In this document: in pieces, positions 1 to 11,915 of the stretch
Numbering within the stretch: the stretch's first letter is position 1
Layout of the letters: each line of letters starts with the position of its first letter
Assembly: GCF_004010195.1 (NCBI RefSeq)
Contig: NC_057719.1
Coordinates: 68,570,567 to 68,618,657 of the forward strand
From: Chiloscyllium plagiosum
Taxonomy: Eukaryota
Length of the DNA stretch: 48,091 nucleotides
Direction of reading: 5' to 3'
Notes under the pieces: model-generated
What the model was told of the DNA's origin: nothing
What the model saw: only the letters and a program-made list of their open reading frames with translations
Database searches by the model: none
Translations under genes and position numbers: made by a program

Positions 1-489
1 ACTACACACAACTGCCTCTTTTACCTGTTCCTAGATGAGAGAGTATGCAATTAGGTAAGATAACTGCTCTTTTCATAGAAAATCTTATGTGGCATAACTA
101 TAAAATTGTCTTATTGAATGTTGTCAATCTTTGGCAAATTGCCTGTTGGTGAGGCTTTTGACTTCAATGGGGTATTTGCCTGCTGCAGTAATGCTAACAT
201 TATTTCCCATAAGAGAAGGTAGTTGGCTAATATTAAGCTGTAATGTTACAAAATGGGAGCATGCTTCTCATATCACGCCATGCTTTGAATGATTCAAGGC
301 AAGATTGAATATGTAATCTTTATACCTTTAACTCACAAACTATGATACAATGATGATATCATGAGCTAGTTTCTTCAAGATATACTGACCATGAGACATA
401 TGGTCTGACTCTTCAACACAAAGAGTCAACACCTATAACCTGACAAAATGTTATCAACAATTCCCAGCAAAAGAATTGACTTGAAATGT

Positions 490-1126
490 TAGCTGGAATT
501 TAATGAGGCTTTGGGGGGAAAACTGGCAAAATGGAGTGTGTAGGTGTCAGGGAGCAAGACTCTTACCTGCCATGCCTTTTTCATACTGATGGAAAAGGTG
601 ACAGATGGCCTGCTTATGCAAAACTCAAAAAACCACTTCTGATCAATTCATAGCACAATCTTGCCTCTGCTGGCATTTTATCTATGTTTGCTGGTAGGTG
701 TAGCTCTCTGGTAAATTCTGCAAGCCCCTCCCCCAGGAGACTCTGGGATGTTCCCCACCACCCCCTCCGCTAGCAAGAATGGCCTCCCAGAGGTATTAAC
801 ACAACTAATACAGGGCATTCTGGAATGACTCTTGTTTCTCCCATACCCCGCTTACCTTATATTGAAGTGTATGGTTGTCAAAGTGTGTGCTTTCTTCAGG
901 TGCAGCACCAGCAAATGGCCACTGCTAATGGTGGCTCTGCTGAGCTGTAAGTACTCTGATTGGACCAGCAGTACTCTTGGGGATGGGTTGGCATCATTAA
1001 TAAGGATGGCAGTTCAGGCAGCAACTACTTAATTACTGGTGATCATAAAAATGAGCCCCCTCTCCGCCAGTCACCTGCCGCGGTGAAGCTGTACCTGCTT
1101 TCAGCCCAACTGACAGAATTTCTGCC
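490..1126. mobile_element. Decayed non-autonomous DNA transposon (Harbinger-type MITE-like)
   Basis: Ends resemble inverted termini (gctggaatttta... / ...agaatttctgcc). The interior loosely resembles 27943-28689 in the opposite orientation. No coding motif. Confidence 0.35.
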
Positions 1127-2629
1127 ATCTCTGAGAAAGTCTGTATGTTAACACTGATTGTTTCCTTCATCAATGCTATCCAATTTTACAGCATTTCCTG
1201 TTTTTTTTTAATTACAGTTTTCATTACATTGCCTCTGGACTGATTAAGACAAAAGTGTCAAAACCAAGAAGTTGATCTTGCATCAAAATAAAAGTTGGCA
1301 CAAAGTGACGGTGGGCTTGCAACACAATCCAGAAAAAGAAGGCTCAAAACTTAATGGAAGTTAGGTCTTGGGTCACATTTAGATAATAACTTTGATCTGA
1401 GGCCACATACCAGCCTTAGGAAATTCAGCCAGGTTTAAATCAACCTACAAAAGTCAAGGGAGCAAAGCGAGGTGTATTTAAGACTGCAGTGACTAGAATA
1501 TTTCTTCTGATCCAGAAGAGACTACTCCTGACTCCATATTAAGGTAAGTAGTTTTCACTAAACAATTTCATACATCAGTAGCCTCCAGCAATCCATTTAA
1601 GAATCTCTGCTCAGGTAGTTGCAAACCTGGAACAAACCCGGGGGAGCAATTGTGGTGAAGGTTCTGCCCAGTTGAGATCTTAGAATAATTACTACGCATG
1701 TGATTAGCACACTTTAAAGATACAGTTTGACAGTCAGTGCCTTCCAGGGGCATGATCAAGTGTGAACAACCCATCCAGAAATTTTCCCCCGAAAATTAAG
1801 TGCGACAGAGACTTATGGCTTTGCTCTAAAAAAAGAATAAAATGTGAACAATGTAAATATGCAGCAACAGAAAATATATTGTTCAAATGATACATTAGAA
1901 TTCATCTCCATCCTTTGTGTGAAAGAAACCATAGTTCAGTGTGTTGTGAGAAGCTACACTCCCTCCATGTGTGACAAACTACTTGCAATTAAACCAGGGC
2001 ATTTTTTTCTTGGTTTGTGTGTGGTCCCATTTGCTCAAATATTGTGGTACTATAAAGATCAGCTTATAGGAGGTAAGTTGGTATCATCAATGCATGTGTA
2101 TGATTTTATTTGATAGCATGTTGATGTGGTTTATGTAATTTTGATGTTGGAGTCAGTTTGACTTTTAGATTTTTACAGCTGGTTGTAATATTGTAAGTTG
2201 AATAAAATTATAATTCCATGCATTTAATTTTATTGTATGTTTTTACAGTGCTTAAACCTGCATAGTTTTGCTTTATTATCTGTATCAGGATTACAGAGAA
2301 ATTGAATTGCTGCATTTATTGTTTCACAGCTATCAACAATGTTATTTCAGCAACTATATGGAGGATCCAACATAGACAAACAATGTATCACCGTAAATAA
2401 GCACCACGTATAGACTATCTTGACTGGTATGTTATATCCTAACTGTCTGAGTTTTAACAACCTTCTTATATCTTTCTCCTTTCCTCTGTATTCCTCAGGC
2501 TAATGTTTTAAATTTTGTAATATCAAATGTTCCCAGCAAAGTTCTTTACAATCCATGTATTTTATGAGAAAATAACTTTGTGGGAGTAGCTTATACCTAC
2601 AGGAATTGGACAACATTCTAGCTGAGCCC

Positions 2630-3175
2630 AACAACTGGCAGGCAACCTTAAAGACACAAGAGCCAGAGAAAGACCAAATTCCTTCGATCTTCGATGGTAG
2701 CATCATGACCAAGATCCCCACTACCAAAATCTTGAGGGTCAACATGCTCTTGAGGATAAACTAAAAATGGTAAATCAACACTATGATTACAAAAACAATG
2801 CAGCCGTCAGGAACTGGGTAGAGAATACTTCAGCTCCTGACTCCAAAATACATCTTCAGCATCTACAACGCTCAAATCAGAAGAGTAATGAATTACTCAC
2901 CAGGAGATTGGATTAATCCAGCCATTACATACAGGAAGTCTGACACCATTCCAGACAGATCTGGCCACTTGATTGTCATCTGACCTAGCCTTTCCAAACC
3001 CACCATTCCTCTAACTGAATAATGTGAATATAACATATATATAAACAACATATACTGAAATAACCCTCCAAGATTACTTCAATAGCATTTCCTTCTCTTT
3101 GATTACAATTATCAAGAGGGACTGGACCATAATATTGAGGGAACACTGCCAGTTCCAAATCCTTCTCCAATTGAC
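2630..3175 (+). mobile_element. Old CR1/L2-group LINE 3' fragment
   Basis: Resembles the LINE segments at 8490-9000 and 38640-38960 (e.g. atctacaacgctcaaatcagaagagtaatg vs atctacaaggaacaaatcaggagtgtgatg). Confidence 0.55.
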
Positions 3176-3469
3176 AAATAACTCTGACTCAGAAACATTG
3201 GACTGCACCTTACTTTTTTAATTAAGAGTCAGATTCATCAGATTTCTTGGCAGGTTTCTCACCACAAGGCCCAGCAAGATCTCCCCTCACCCGATTCTAA
3301 GCCCATCTTCCTATTCCCAAGACAACTCACCACTGCCAGGATATGCTAGAATTGACTATACCTGGTGTCATTGTCATCCATAAGAGCTGGTTGTGCACTT
3401 GGACAAGCACTGTCAGTCCAGTGCTGCCCTGCACAGCTCCTGATAATTGCCTCAGACATGGGGGTGGGG

Positions 3470-3990
3470 GCTGTTTTGGGGTCCTACTTTGCAGGGCAGT
3501 GATGTGTAGTTCCTGCTGGATGGGATTGTGCACAAGTCAGATATCCTCTTCCCCAAGACCAGAGAGGAGGCCACAATGTTAGATCAGGTCAACCTGATCC
3601 AAACTTGCCAACTGGGTCAGTGTAATCTCAATCATCTAGAGGAATGCACAGCACTGTAGGAAGAAGGTCAATGTCCTACTTCACACTCACTTATCTCTGC
3701 CACTGAACCCACTCTCACTAAGACTCCTACCCTCCAGCTCTCACTATTGCTTCAACATCTTCCCTCTCAAGCGGTCACCCACCCCAAAGCCCAGCACCAT
3801 TAACCAGTGCCTACTCACTCAAATCACTTCCCCACCTGTATCAACATGCACAGCTGTGACACCCACTTTTATCTCCCATAAACATGCTTCCCTCTCATTC
3901 CAGGTGGAAAAGAGCTCACAAGAGAGGCAGAGTCGATACAGATGATGGGCTGGCTGACATTCAATTCCTCATCCCTTATCAGAGGATCCA
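3470..3990 (+). pseudogene. Harbinger transposon Myb/SANT-like DNA-binding gene remnant (two exons)
   Basis: Fragments translate as LLDGIVHKSDILFP and ST*SKLANWVSVISII*RNAQHCRKKVNVLL, matching the W..VA..VS...R...QCRKK.NDL pattern. After the acceptor ctctcattccag (3903) the sequence reads TDDGLADIQFLIPYQ (TGGG..DI..LTPYE-like). Confidence 0.65.
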
Positions 3991-4526
3991 AACTCCCACT
4001 GTCCTGACTGACTGACTGACCATGTCCAAGCCTGTGGACTGCTATCAGAAGCTGCTCCTGACTTACTGCGCCTAACTGAAGGCTATCTCTCTTGACTTGA
4101 CTGAAGACTACTATCGACTGTGATAAGCTTCCTGGCTTTGTTTCTGCGCTAAACGATCGAGTAGTGCATCATTATTGATATGAACCTGGTATCTCTGGCT
4201 GAGGACCAAGGTGTAAAAAGGAAAGGCAGGGAAGCTGTGAGCATACAGGTGGCCTCAGAGTGTTTGATCAACTTGGAGATGCAGCCTGTTCCAGTCCATC
4301 AGCTGGATTTGTGTCCCTGAATGCAATGCCTTCCAATGAGAGTTACTGTTGCACTGCAGCATTGAAGTGCAGAAGCATCCTACACTGGATCAGAGATGTG
4401 TCATGAGGATTCTTAAAGGCTAACACATGGAGCGCCAATGTCCATGGATATAAGGTACATGTGGCTAGTACCCATGGAGTATGCTCAGAGAAACCAGTCC
4501 TTCAGAGCAAGTGACAAGCTGAACTT

Positions 4527-4693
4527 GCACCAGGATCCCTTAAGTCAACGATACTAACCGCAACAGCAAAACTAATTGCATTTAATGGGACACCTAGACC
4601 TTCCGGGTAGTTCCTAATCAAGCTGATCAGAGATGTTGTTACAATGAAATGCAGCCAAGGCAATTCTGCATGGAAACTGTCATTTTAATGATA
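4527..4693 (+). repeat. Direct repeat copy 1 (~165 bp), duplicated at 6818-6979
   Basis: gcaccaggatcccttaagtca...ggaaactgtcat.ttaatgata is near-identical between the two positions. Confidence 0.95.
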
Positions 4694-4739
4694 TCTATAT
4701 CGAGAATTCTCAGCATCCAGTTTTGTCATGGCAAGTGAT

Positions 4740-4959
4740 AGGCTAAGATGTTGCACATAAATGGGAGAAGGTGAGCAGTTAATAAGGTCACTGGCGAGCA
4801 ATACCTCTCCTTTAAGCAATTTACTGTTGTCTAGCACGGACCTCTTATTGACACCTGAACTTAATTAAATGACACATCAATGTTGAAATAGGTCGCCAAG
4901 GATGACTCACACATTTCTCACCATTGTCCATATCATTCAGGACCCTAAAAGATTCCACC
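4740..4959. mobile_element. Terminus of a Harbinger-like element
   Basis: Ends ttcaggaccctaaaagattccac, similar to ttcaggctcctataagattccac at ~25962-25985. Lies downstream of the Myb remnant. Confidence 0.4.
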
Positions 4960-5094
4960 AGCTTTCACTATTCCTTTATCAATGGTCCTGTATACGTGAG
5001 TTCTTTTCCCAGCATCATTGTGTGAGCACCATAACCACAAGGACTGTAGCATTTCACCATGACATTATTAGCACAAGTACGCTCGCCTAACGTC

Positions 5095-5340
5095 TTCAAT
5101 ATTTTTGAATGGACATTGCTGGCAAGGCCAGAATCTGCTGCCCATCCCTAATTGTCCTCAAACTTGGTGACTTGCTTTGTCATTTTACAAGACTGCTAAG
5201 ACAAGTCGGAACTAATTTCTGATTTTGTTAAACCAATTTAAATCTCACTAGGTGCTACCTTGGCATTTGAACCCATGTCCCCAGAACATCAATCTGGATC
5301 TCTGAATTACCAATCCAGCAACCTTGCCACCATGACCTGG
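5095..5340 (-). mobile_element. tRNA-derived SINE (second family, L2/CR1-like tail), internally deleted
   Basis: B-box-like gggttcaaatgcc on the minus strand. The tail tgcccatccctaattgtcctc is the reverse complement of the LINE 3'-end type seen at ~8925-8960. Confidence 0.55.
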
Positions 5341-5589
5341 ACCAACCTTAGCAACTGAGCAGAAAGTACTGTCTGAACAGAGACTCTGACTTTGAACAGA
5401 CTGAAATAAAGCAAACGGTTGATCCAGGATGGGGGAGGGAGGAGAACAGTGAGAAATGGGGCAATGCTTAGCGGGTCCCAAGCCTGCACTTTTAAAAGCT
5501 CAATGCACTCTGGGATATTTCCTTTCAGACTGGAATGAAGCTAATCTAGCCCCTTGTATACAAAATCTTTACTGTCTCATAATATTTCA

Positions 5590-5830
5590 ATGCACTGCAG
5601 AGATGTAATCACAAAATATGTATGCCAAAACAAAGAAAGAGATATTATGAAGGATAACCAAAAGCTTGATTGATGAACTGAGTTTAGAGGAGGTTCCTAA
5701 AAAATAAAGTTGGACCTACAGATGGATTTCCAAATGGGATTCCAGTGTGAAAAGTCGAGGCATCTGATGAGGAGCGGGTTATTTTAATGATGCACAAAAT
5801 ACCAAAGCCATAGGAAAATTTGGGAGATTT
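5590..5830 (-). mobile_element. L2 LINE 3' fragment, highly decayed
   Basis: agagatattatgaaggataaccaaaagcttg... matches recalled chondrichthyan L2 3' regions. Confidence 0.4.
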
Positions 5831-5954
5831 TCTAATATAGGAATAGGTTACAGGTGCAATATCAACGCAAATTGTTGCTTTATTTCAATTCAAGCCACCT
5901 GGGTTTGATGAGTTGGAATGAAAGGAATGTTCAGTTGCTTTAAAGGAGCAATAT

Positions 5955-6108
5955 GGAGTGACAATCCAGACTGCTTCCATTCCCATCCTTGATCCAAAGG
6001 CATTAAGAGCCAATTGTTGCAACCTGAGTGCTGCTGCTGTGGAAAGCAGTTAGCTTAGCACAGACTAAGGATCAAACCTGGCCCCTTCTTGGTCTGTAGA
6101 GACTCCCC
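5955..6108 (-). mobile_element. Ancient tRNA-derived SINE fragment
   Basis: Minus strand reads cagaccaagaaggggccaggtttgatccttagtctgtgct (B-box-like). Related decayed copies at ~34530-34610 (-) and ~46432-46580 (+). Confidence 0.4.
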
Positions 6109-6599
6109 ATTTAAAATCAGCATTCAGTCTTTTTTTTACAAAAATGCTCTCAGTTGTTTCTTTTTAAACATTTCCCCAAGGAATGCACATTCAATGCAAT
6201 GACAGAATTTATTTATTGTTTTCATTTTTGTTTTAAGTTCTACAATTTAAGGAATTTTCTCATGGGAACAGATCATTCTCTCTCCTTGTTGTATGTGTTA
6301 CTGGAGATCAGTCAATGACACTCCTATTGGTTTGCAGCATCGTAACAGTTTATAATAGTGTGTATACATTGCAGCTATTTTACTTTGGCCTTTTGCATCA
6401 TTATTCCTAGTTGAATTTTAGAAGCACCATATGTCACGACTGGCTTATTTTCACAGCCGCTTCCTTGTTGTAGAGGTAGTTTTAAAGTCTAGTAACCTTT
6501 AGTTCAAAAATAAGTTCATAAAATAAACTGCAGAAATTTAGTGTGTACAAAAGTACATGCATAAATGCAAGCACATACATGAGGTTAGCAGCAAGCCTG

Positions 6600-8100
6600 G
6601 CCAGAGTGATGATTAACAATGGAAGAAACTAAAACCAGAAGGTGAACAGGCTTTCTACATGAGCATATTTACAATATGAGGATGAAGTCAAACAGTTAGC
6701 AATTGTTGTCACTATTAGCATCAAATGCCAAACAAAATTGGCAAGCACACACACTCAAATCCATAGTAGGCAGACAGCTAGTACAAACATCCTACCAACA
6801 ATAACACTGAAGGATAGGCACCAGGATCCCTTAAGTCAATGATACTAACTGCAAAATTAATTGCATATAATGGGACACCTAGCCCTTCTGGATATTTCCT
6901 AATCAAGCTGATCAGAGATGTTGTTACAATGAAATGCAGCCAAGGCTAATTCTGCATGGAAACTGTCATGTTAATGATAATGGTCTAGTAATCAACTGCT
7001 CGTCAATGATAGAATTATTTACACCAGTAAAGCACATGACAAAGTATAACTCTGACTTTACAGCAAACTAACTGATTTCTGTGCACAGCTTACAAAACCA
7101 CAGCAGACTAACTGCCAGGCAGAGTGGCAGCATTGTATTCACACCATAAATAGAGTCCTTAAAGGTGAATTCTCTTAAAAGCAAGGAATATGTACAACAT
7201 AAACCACACAAATGCACCTGTTGGACACAAGTAACAGCAGGATTACTGTGATCACAGATTTCACAAAATTACTAATATACCAGTTGCAGCAAAATAAGCC
7301 AAGAATACGCACATTTTTTCAGTCCATGTTAGAACAATTGGATCCAGACAGACTTAATACAACAGGAAACAAAGATGATGGCATATTGCACCTCAGAGAA
7401 GATGCAATTCCATCAATCATTCCAATAAGTGAATTTTTCGCATGCAAGTAAACCTTCCGATTGAGCTAGACACTGTGCAGCATAATAGTGTTATCACTCA
7501 TGTACATCAACGCACAGACTGGTGTGATTCTATTATGTATGTGCTGAAGAAAGATGGTACAATCATGTTGTGTTTGGATACATGATGTCTGAACTTTTCT
7601 CAATAGATATACCCATACAACCTGAACATTTCGAGGAACTAAATCCCAGATTGACAGGAGCTAAGTTTTTCTTTTCCCAACACAGTTCACTTGCTAAATG
7701 TACCTCAGGAAATCACGACCTTCAACAACATCATTCGGAAGATGTTGCTTCCAGAGACTATTTTCAATCTGTCAATCAAGATCTGTTTCAGCAATTTATG
7801 AGAAGAATTATAAAAAATATTCCTGGATACATGTGTGATTGCTGATGATATTTTGATTGGAAAAACCAAAGAAGAGCATAAGTGGGGACCTAGAGGAGAA
7901 ACAGAAAACAACTTGGAACAATACAACATTCCAATTATGCGTAAAGTATGCACCAAAATCAGCTTGGATAGGGAAGGTGTGAGAGATCATCAATGCAGCA
8001 ATCAATACATTAAAACATGCAAGAACCCAGTACACCCAAAATCAAGAACACTATTAAGTCTAAATATATGGAGGTTACAGGCATCATAAAACCTGGAAGA
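6600..8100 (+). mobile_element. Gypsy/Ty3 LTR retrotransposon pol remnant (protease and RT), many stops and frameshifts
   Basis: ASTNILP (protease DTGAS.NILP-like) at ~6777; ILHLREDAIPSI; DWCDSIMYVLKKDGTIMLCLD; EELNPRLTGAKFF; SVNQDLFQQFMRRII; IADDILIGKTKEEH (RT catalytic DD). Confidence 0.85.
6818..6979 (+). repeat. Direct repeat copy 2, inserted in the Gypsy pol remnant
   Basis: Near-identical to 4527-4693. Confidence 0.95.
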
Positions 8101-8239
8101 ACAGTCATACCTACCTGTATGTTATATAAACTCTTAAGTCTCTTAAATGTTTCAATTCTTGTTTCTATATAGTTTTGCAATGTAATGTATATAGTATCAC
8201 TCTTTGTGCATACAATTTTATATGCAGAGTGGTGAGAAG

Positions 8240-8468
8240 TGTTGTATTAATGCTTTAAGAGCTGGATATACTAATGAGTCAAGGATTAGAATATAGCAAC
8301 ATGGCCAACTGCTACGCACAATTCAGCAGGAGCATACTAGATTCATGTCATATACATGGACTATAACTTGCACTTATAAATACTAACTTGTCAATAAGCC
8401 TCTTCGAGTTTTTTTCCAGTAAATTGAATCCATGCTACTGGACAAGCCGTGTAAGTTTTGTAGCTACA
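8240..8468 (+). mobile_element. Candidate 3' LTR of the Gypsy remnant
   Basis: Purine tract agagtggtgagaag followed by TGTTGTAT...gtagctACA. A possible diverged 5' LTR starts TGTTGTAT at 6287. No TSD found. Confidence 0.4.
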
Positions 8469-8489
8469 GGTTAGAGACTAGAAATCCTG

Positions 8490-9000
8490 CAGTGAGCAAC
8501 TGAACTCCCCAAAGACTGTCCACAATCTACAAGGAACAAATCAGGAGTGTGATGGAATACTTCCCACTTTCCTGGATGGGTGCAGCTCCATCAACACTCA
8601 AAGTTTGACACCATCCAAGACAGAACAGCCTGCTTGATTGGTACCACATCCACAAACATTCACTCCCTCCATCACTGACGCTCAGTAGCAACAGTCTTAC
8701 ATACTATCTGCAAGGTACAGAAATTCACCAAAGATCTTTTGACAGCACCCTCCAAACCCACAATCACTACCATTTACAGGGTAGTAGAGAAGGGCAGCAG
8801 ATACATGGGAGCACCATCATCTGCAAGTTCCACTCCAAAGCACTCACCATCCTGACCTGGAAATGTATCACTGGGTCAGAATCCTGGAGCTCCCGCCCCA
8901 AGGATATTGTGGACCCACCTACCTTCTCAAAGGCAGCTAGAGATGGGTAATAACTGCTGGCCCAGGCTGAGCCACCCACAGCCAATGAATGAATTACAAA
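8490..9000 (+). mobile_element. CR1/L2-group LINE 3' end
   Basis: Reads STIYKEQIRSVMEYFPLSWMGAAP (LINE ORF2 C-terminal pattern). Ends gatgggtaataactgctggcc...aatgaatgaat. Confidence 0.75.
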
Positions 9001-9914
9001 AGACCCTCAGCACTGCTTACCAAAAACTTGATTAGTTGCACGATTGAAAGGCAATAACAGTCATTGTGAGGAACTTATGTACTGGGAGCCAACCTTCACA
9101 AAAATACATGCAACACTCCCTCATTGAGTTCAATGAGCCCACAGTTCAGCTCAGTCCTAACTTTATGGTCAGATCTGCTGTTATGATTGAGTTCAATTCT
9201 ATGACCAACCCTTAACAGCCTCCCACTAAAGTCCTCAACAAATTCCTTCTTCCCATGACATTTCCCAGTGAGCCACCAGTTAGTACCCACAGACTGATTT
9301 ATCAGCCATTTGTTTCTGTATGTGAGTCTATTGTTGATTCCACCAATTCTGAAAATAGCCTTTGTAAATGTTTTTGTTCTCTTCAAATTAAGAATGATTG
9401 ACTTATCGAGGAGATTGCATCTCAAAAAGCGGTTATTCTTAAATGGAGAGGACAGCCACAAATGCTTCAGATCTCATCATAAGCATGTCATTAGCTGTGC
9501 TGCCACAAGGAAAATATAGGCCTAATGTGTCAATTGAATATTTGATTTACCAATTAATTTCTGCAGGAAGACATTATCTTTAAAGGGCAGCTGAATCCTA
9601 ATTAAAACTGTGGATGAGCCGAAAGGTCACTTACCATTACTGTCAATTTTTGTTTGTGTCTAACTGAGTAAAAGCAGCAAATATGCCCACATCAGGTTAT
9701 CCAGAGGACATCACTGAGCAAACTGTTCCTGATGTGAGCATGTCTTTTGCCATATATATCTAACAATAATTTCAGGAGCTACTGTTACGTAGTTGCAATC
9801 ACTTATTGAGATATTTCCATTAGAAAAACTTGTCAGCAATGAAGCTATCTTTTTTCTGTCTCTCGGTCAGGTGATGGTGACCTAATTTTCAAATACTGCC
9901 AGGTCTAAGACGAA

Positions 9915-10157
9915 TAACCCCAGTCCACAGACTTAAGCACATCATCAAGACTGATGCTTCAATGATGTATTGAGAAAGTGCTGCAATGTTGCCTTCTAAA
10001 TTATGCAAGAACACCGGTGCCACCTGCCATCGTCAATGTTTGGAAGCGATGCTATGGCACTATTCTGAGAAAAGACAGCATTCTTTTTGCTGCCCTTGTC
10101 AATATTCATCCGTCTATCAGTGCGTGGACAAAAAGACTAACTGGTCATGATTTCATT
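9915..10157 (+). mobile_element. DeuSINE (SacSINE1/AmnSINE1-like) remnant
   Basis: agacttaagcacat, gtattgagaaagtgctgca, atggcactattctgagaaaaga, caatattcatcc and ctggtcatgat follow the recalled Deu-domain order. Confidence 0.6.
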
Positions 10158-10314
10158 ACAATGGATAAAATTTTGTTTTTTTGAGACTGTGTGTCTAAAA
10201 GGGCCAGAATGGGTTTTCTTGAGCAGTTATGTTCTCAGTTCATTATATACTCATGTGCGAGTAAAATATCACACTTTATGGGCAGGAAAGAAGGAGGTCA
10301 GCCCCTCATGTAGA

Positions 10315-10730
10315 ATTAGAATCATACATTAAGAGGAGGCCCTTTGATCCATCAAGTCTGCACTGGTAAAAATACGCTAATACAAACAGAGCCCCACTTT
10401 TCAGCGCTAGGCCCCAGCTCTGAATGTTGTGATACTTCAAGTGCTCATCCTAGCACTTTTTAGAAGGTTGCGAGGTTACACACATTAACCACTCTCCAAG
10501 ACATTCCAGACACCCCAACAATCCTGGGGTGAAAAACAGTTTTCCTCGAACTTCCGCTAAATCTTCTGACATTCATTTTAATTTATGCTCCGTAGAGAGC
10601 CTTCAACTAATGGAACAGCTGCTTTCTATCCATCGACTCCACACCCGGATCTTATATATCACTTTCAGGTCCCTCATAACCTTCTCTGCTCCAAAGCAAA
10701 TAACCCAGGCCAATCCAGCTTCTCTTCAGA
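10315..10730 (-). mobile_element. CR1 LINE 3' fragment (continues after the array at ~11915-11931)
   Basis: CR1 3' end gaggaggccctttgatccatcaagtctgc. Runs into the minisatellite and resumes as atcctagtgaa (FTRM on the minus strand). Confidence 0.7.
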
Positions 10731-11382
10731 GCTGAAACACTCCATTACCAGCAGAATCCAGAGCTAAAATGCTCCGTCGCAGATAGTATACAGAGCTGAA
10801 ATGCTCCATCCCAGGCAGTATCCAGACCTGAAATGCTCCATCCCAGGCAGTATCCAGACCTGAAATGCTCCATCCCAGGCAGTATCCTGAGCTGAAATGC
10901 TCCTTCTCAGACAGTATCCAGAGCTGAAATGCTCCATCCCAGACAGTATCCAAAGCTGAAATGCTACTTCCCAGGCAGTATCCAGAGCTGAAATGTTCCA
11001 TCCCAGGCAGTATCCAGACCTGAAATGCTCCTTCCCAGGCAGTATCCAGAGCTGAAATGCTCCATCCCAGACAGTATCCAGAGCTGAAATGCTCCTTCCC
11101 AGACAGTATCCAGAGCAGAAATGCTCGATCCCAGACAGTATCCAGACCTGAAATGCTCTATCCCAGACAGTATCCAGAGCTGAAATGCTCCATTCCAGGC
11201 TGTATCCAGAGCTGAAATGCTCCTTCCCAGACAGTATCCAGAGCAGTAATGCTCCATCCCAGACAGTATCCAGAGCTGAAATGCTCCATCCCAGGCAGTA
11301 TCCAGAGCTGAAATGCTCCTTCCTAGACAGTATCCAAGCTGAAATGCTACTTCCCAGGCAGTATCCAGAGCTGAAATGCTCC
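10729..11382. repeat. 32-bp minisatellite, left block (~20 units)
   Basis: Unit GAGCTGAAATGCTCCATCCCAG(G/A)CAGTATCCA. Period 32 measured directly (10793 to 10825). Confidence 0.97.
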
Positions 11383-11612
11383 TAGGAGAAAGTGATGACT
11401 GCAGATGCTGGAGATCAGAGCTTAAAAATGTGTTTCTGTAAAAGTGCAGCAGGTCAGGCAGCATCAAAGGAGCAGGAGAATCGACGTTTCGGGCATAAGC
11501 CCTTCCTCAGGGCATTTGCCCGAAGGGCTTATGCCCGAAATGTTGATTGTCCTGCTCCTTTGATGCTGCCTGACCTGCTGCGCTTTTCCAGCAACACATT
11601 TTTAAGCTCTGA
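11383..11612. mobile_element. Penelope-derived short fold-back element inserted in the minisatellite
   Basis: Arms ~11415-11506 and ~11522-11612 are inverted copies. Same family as 15607-15732 and 24696-24837. Flanked by CTGAAATGCTCC (11371-11382, 11609-11620). Confidence 0.85.
11478..11513 (-). ncRNA. Minimal hammerhead ribozyme core
   Basis: Minus strand: CTGAGGA-A-GGGC/TTAT/GCCC-GAAAC-GTC-GA. Stem I is weak. Confidence 0.7.
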
Positions 11613-11915
11613 AATGCTCCATCCCAGGCAGTATCCAAACCTGATATGCTACTTCCCAGACAGTATCCAGAGCAGAAATGCTCCATCCCAGGCAGTATCC
11701 AGAGCTGAAATGCTCCATCCCAGACAGTATCCAGAGCTGAAATGCTCCATCCCAGACAGTATCCAGAGCAGAAATGCTACTGCCCAGGCAGTATCCAGAG
11801 CTGAAATGCCCCATCCCAAACAGTATCCAGAGCAGAAATGCTCCATCCCAGGCAGTATCCAGAGCTGAAATGCTCCATCCCAGACAGTATCTAGAGCTGA
11901 AATGCTCCTTCCAAG
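11609..11915. repeat. 32-bp minisatellite, right block (~9-10 units)
   Basis: Same unit as 10729-11382. Confidence 0.97.

Noticed and set aside
2320..2400. Possible exon after ttgtttcacag
   Set aside because: Weak donor and no recognisable peptide in any frame.
4527..6979. Direct repeats as LTRs of a 2.4 kb element
   Set aside because: No TG...CA ends, PBS, PPT or TSD, and the second copy lies inside Gypsy pol.
9096..9461. 121-aa minus-strand ORF as a host exon
   Set aside because: No recognisable domain and no convincing splice boundaries.
10729..11915. CRISPR array
   Set aside because: The 32-bp units are head-to-tail with no unique spacers, there are no cas genes, the context is vertebrate, and the unit derives from CR1.
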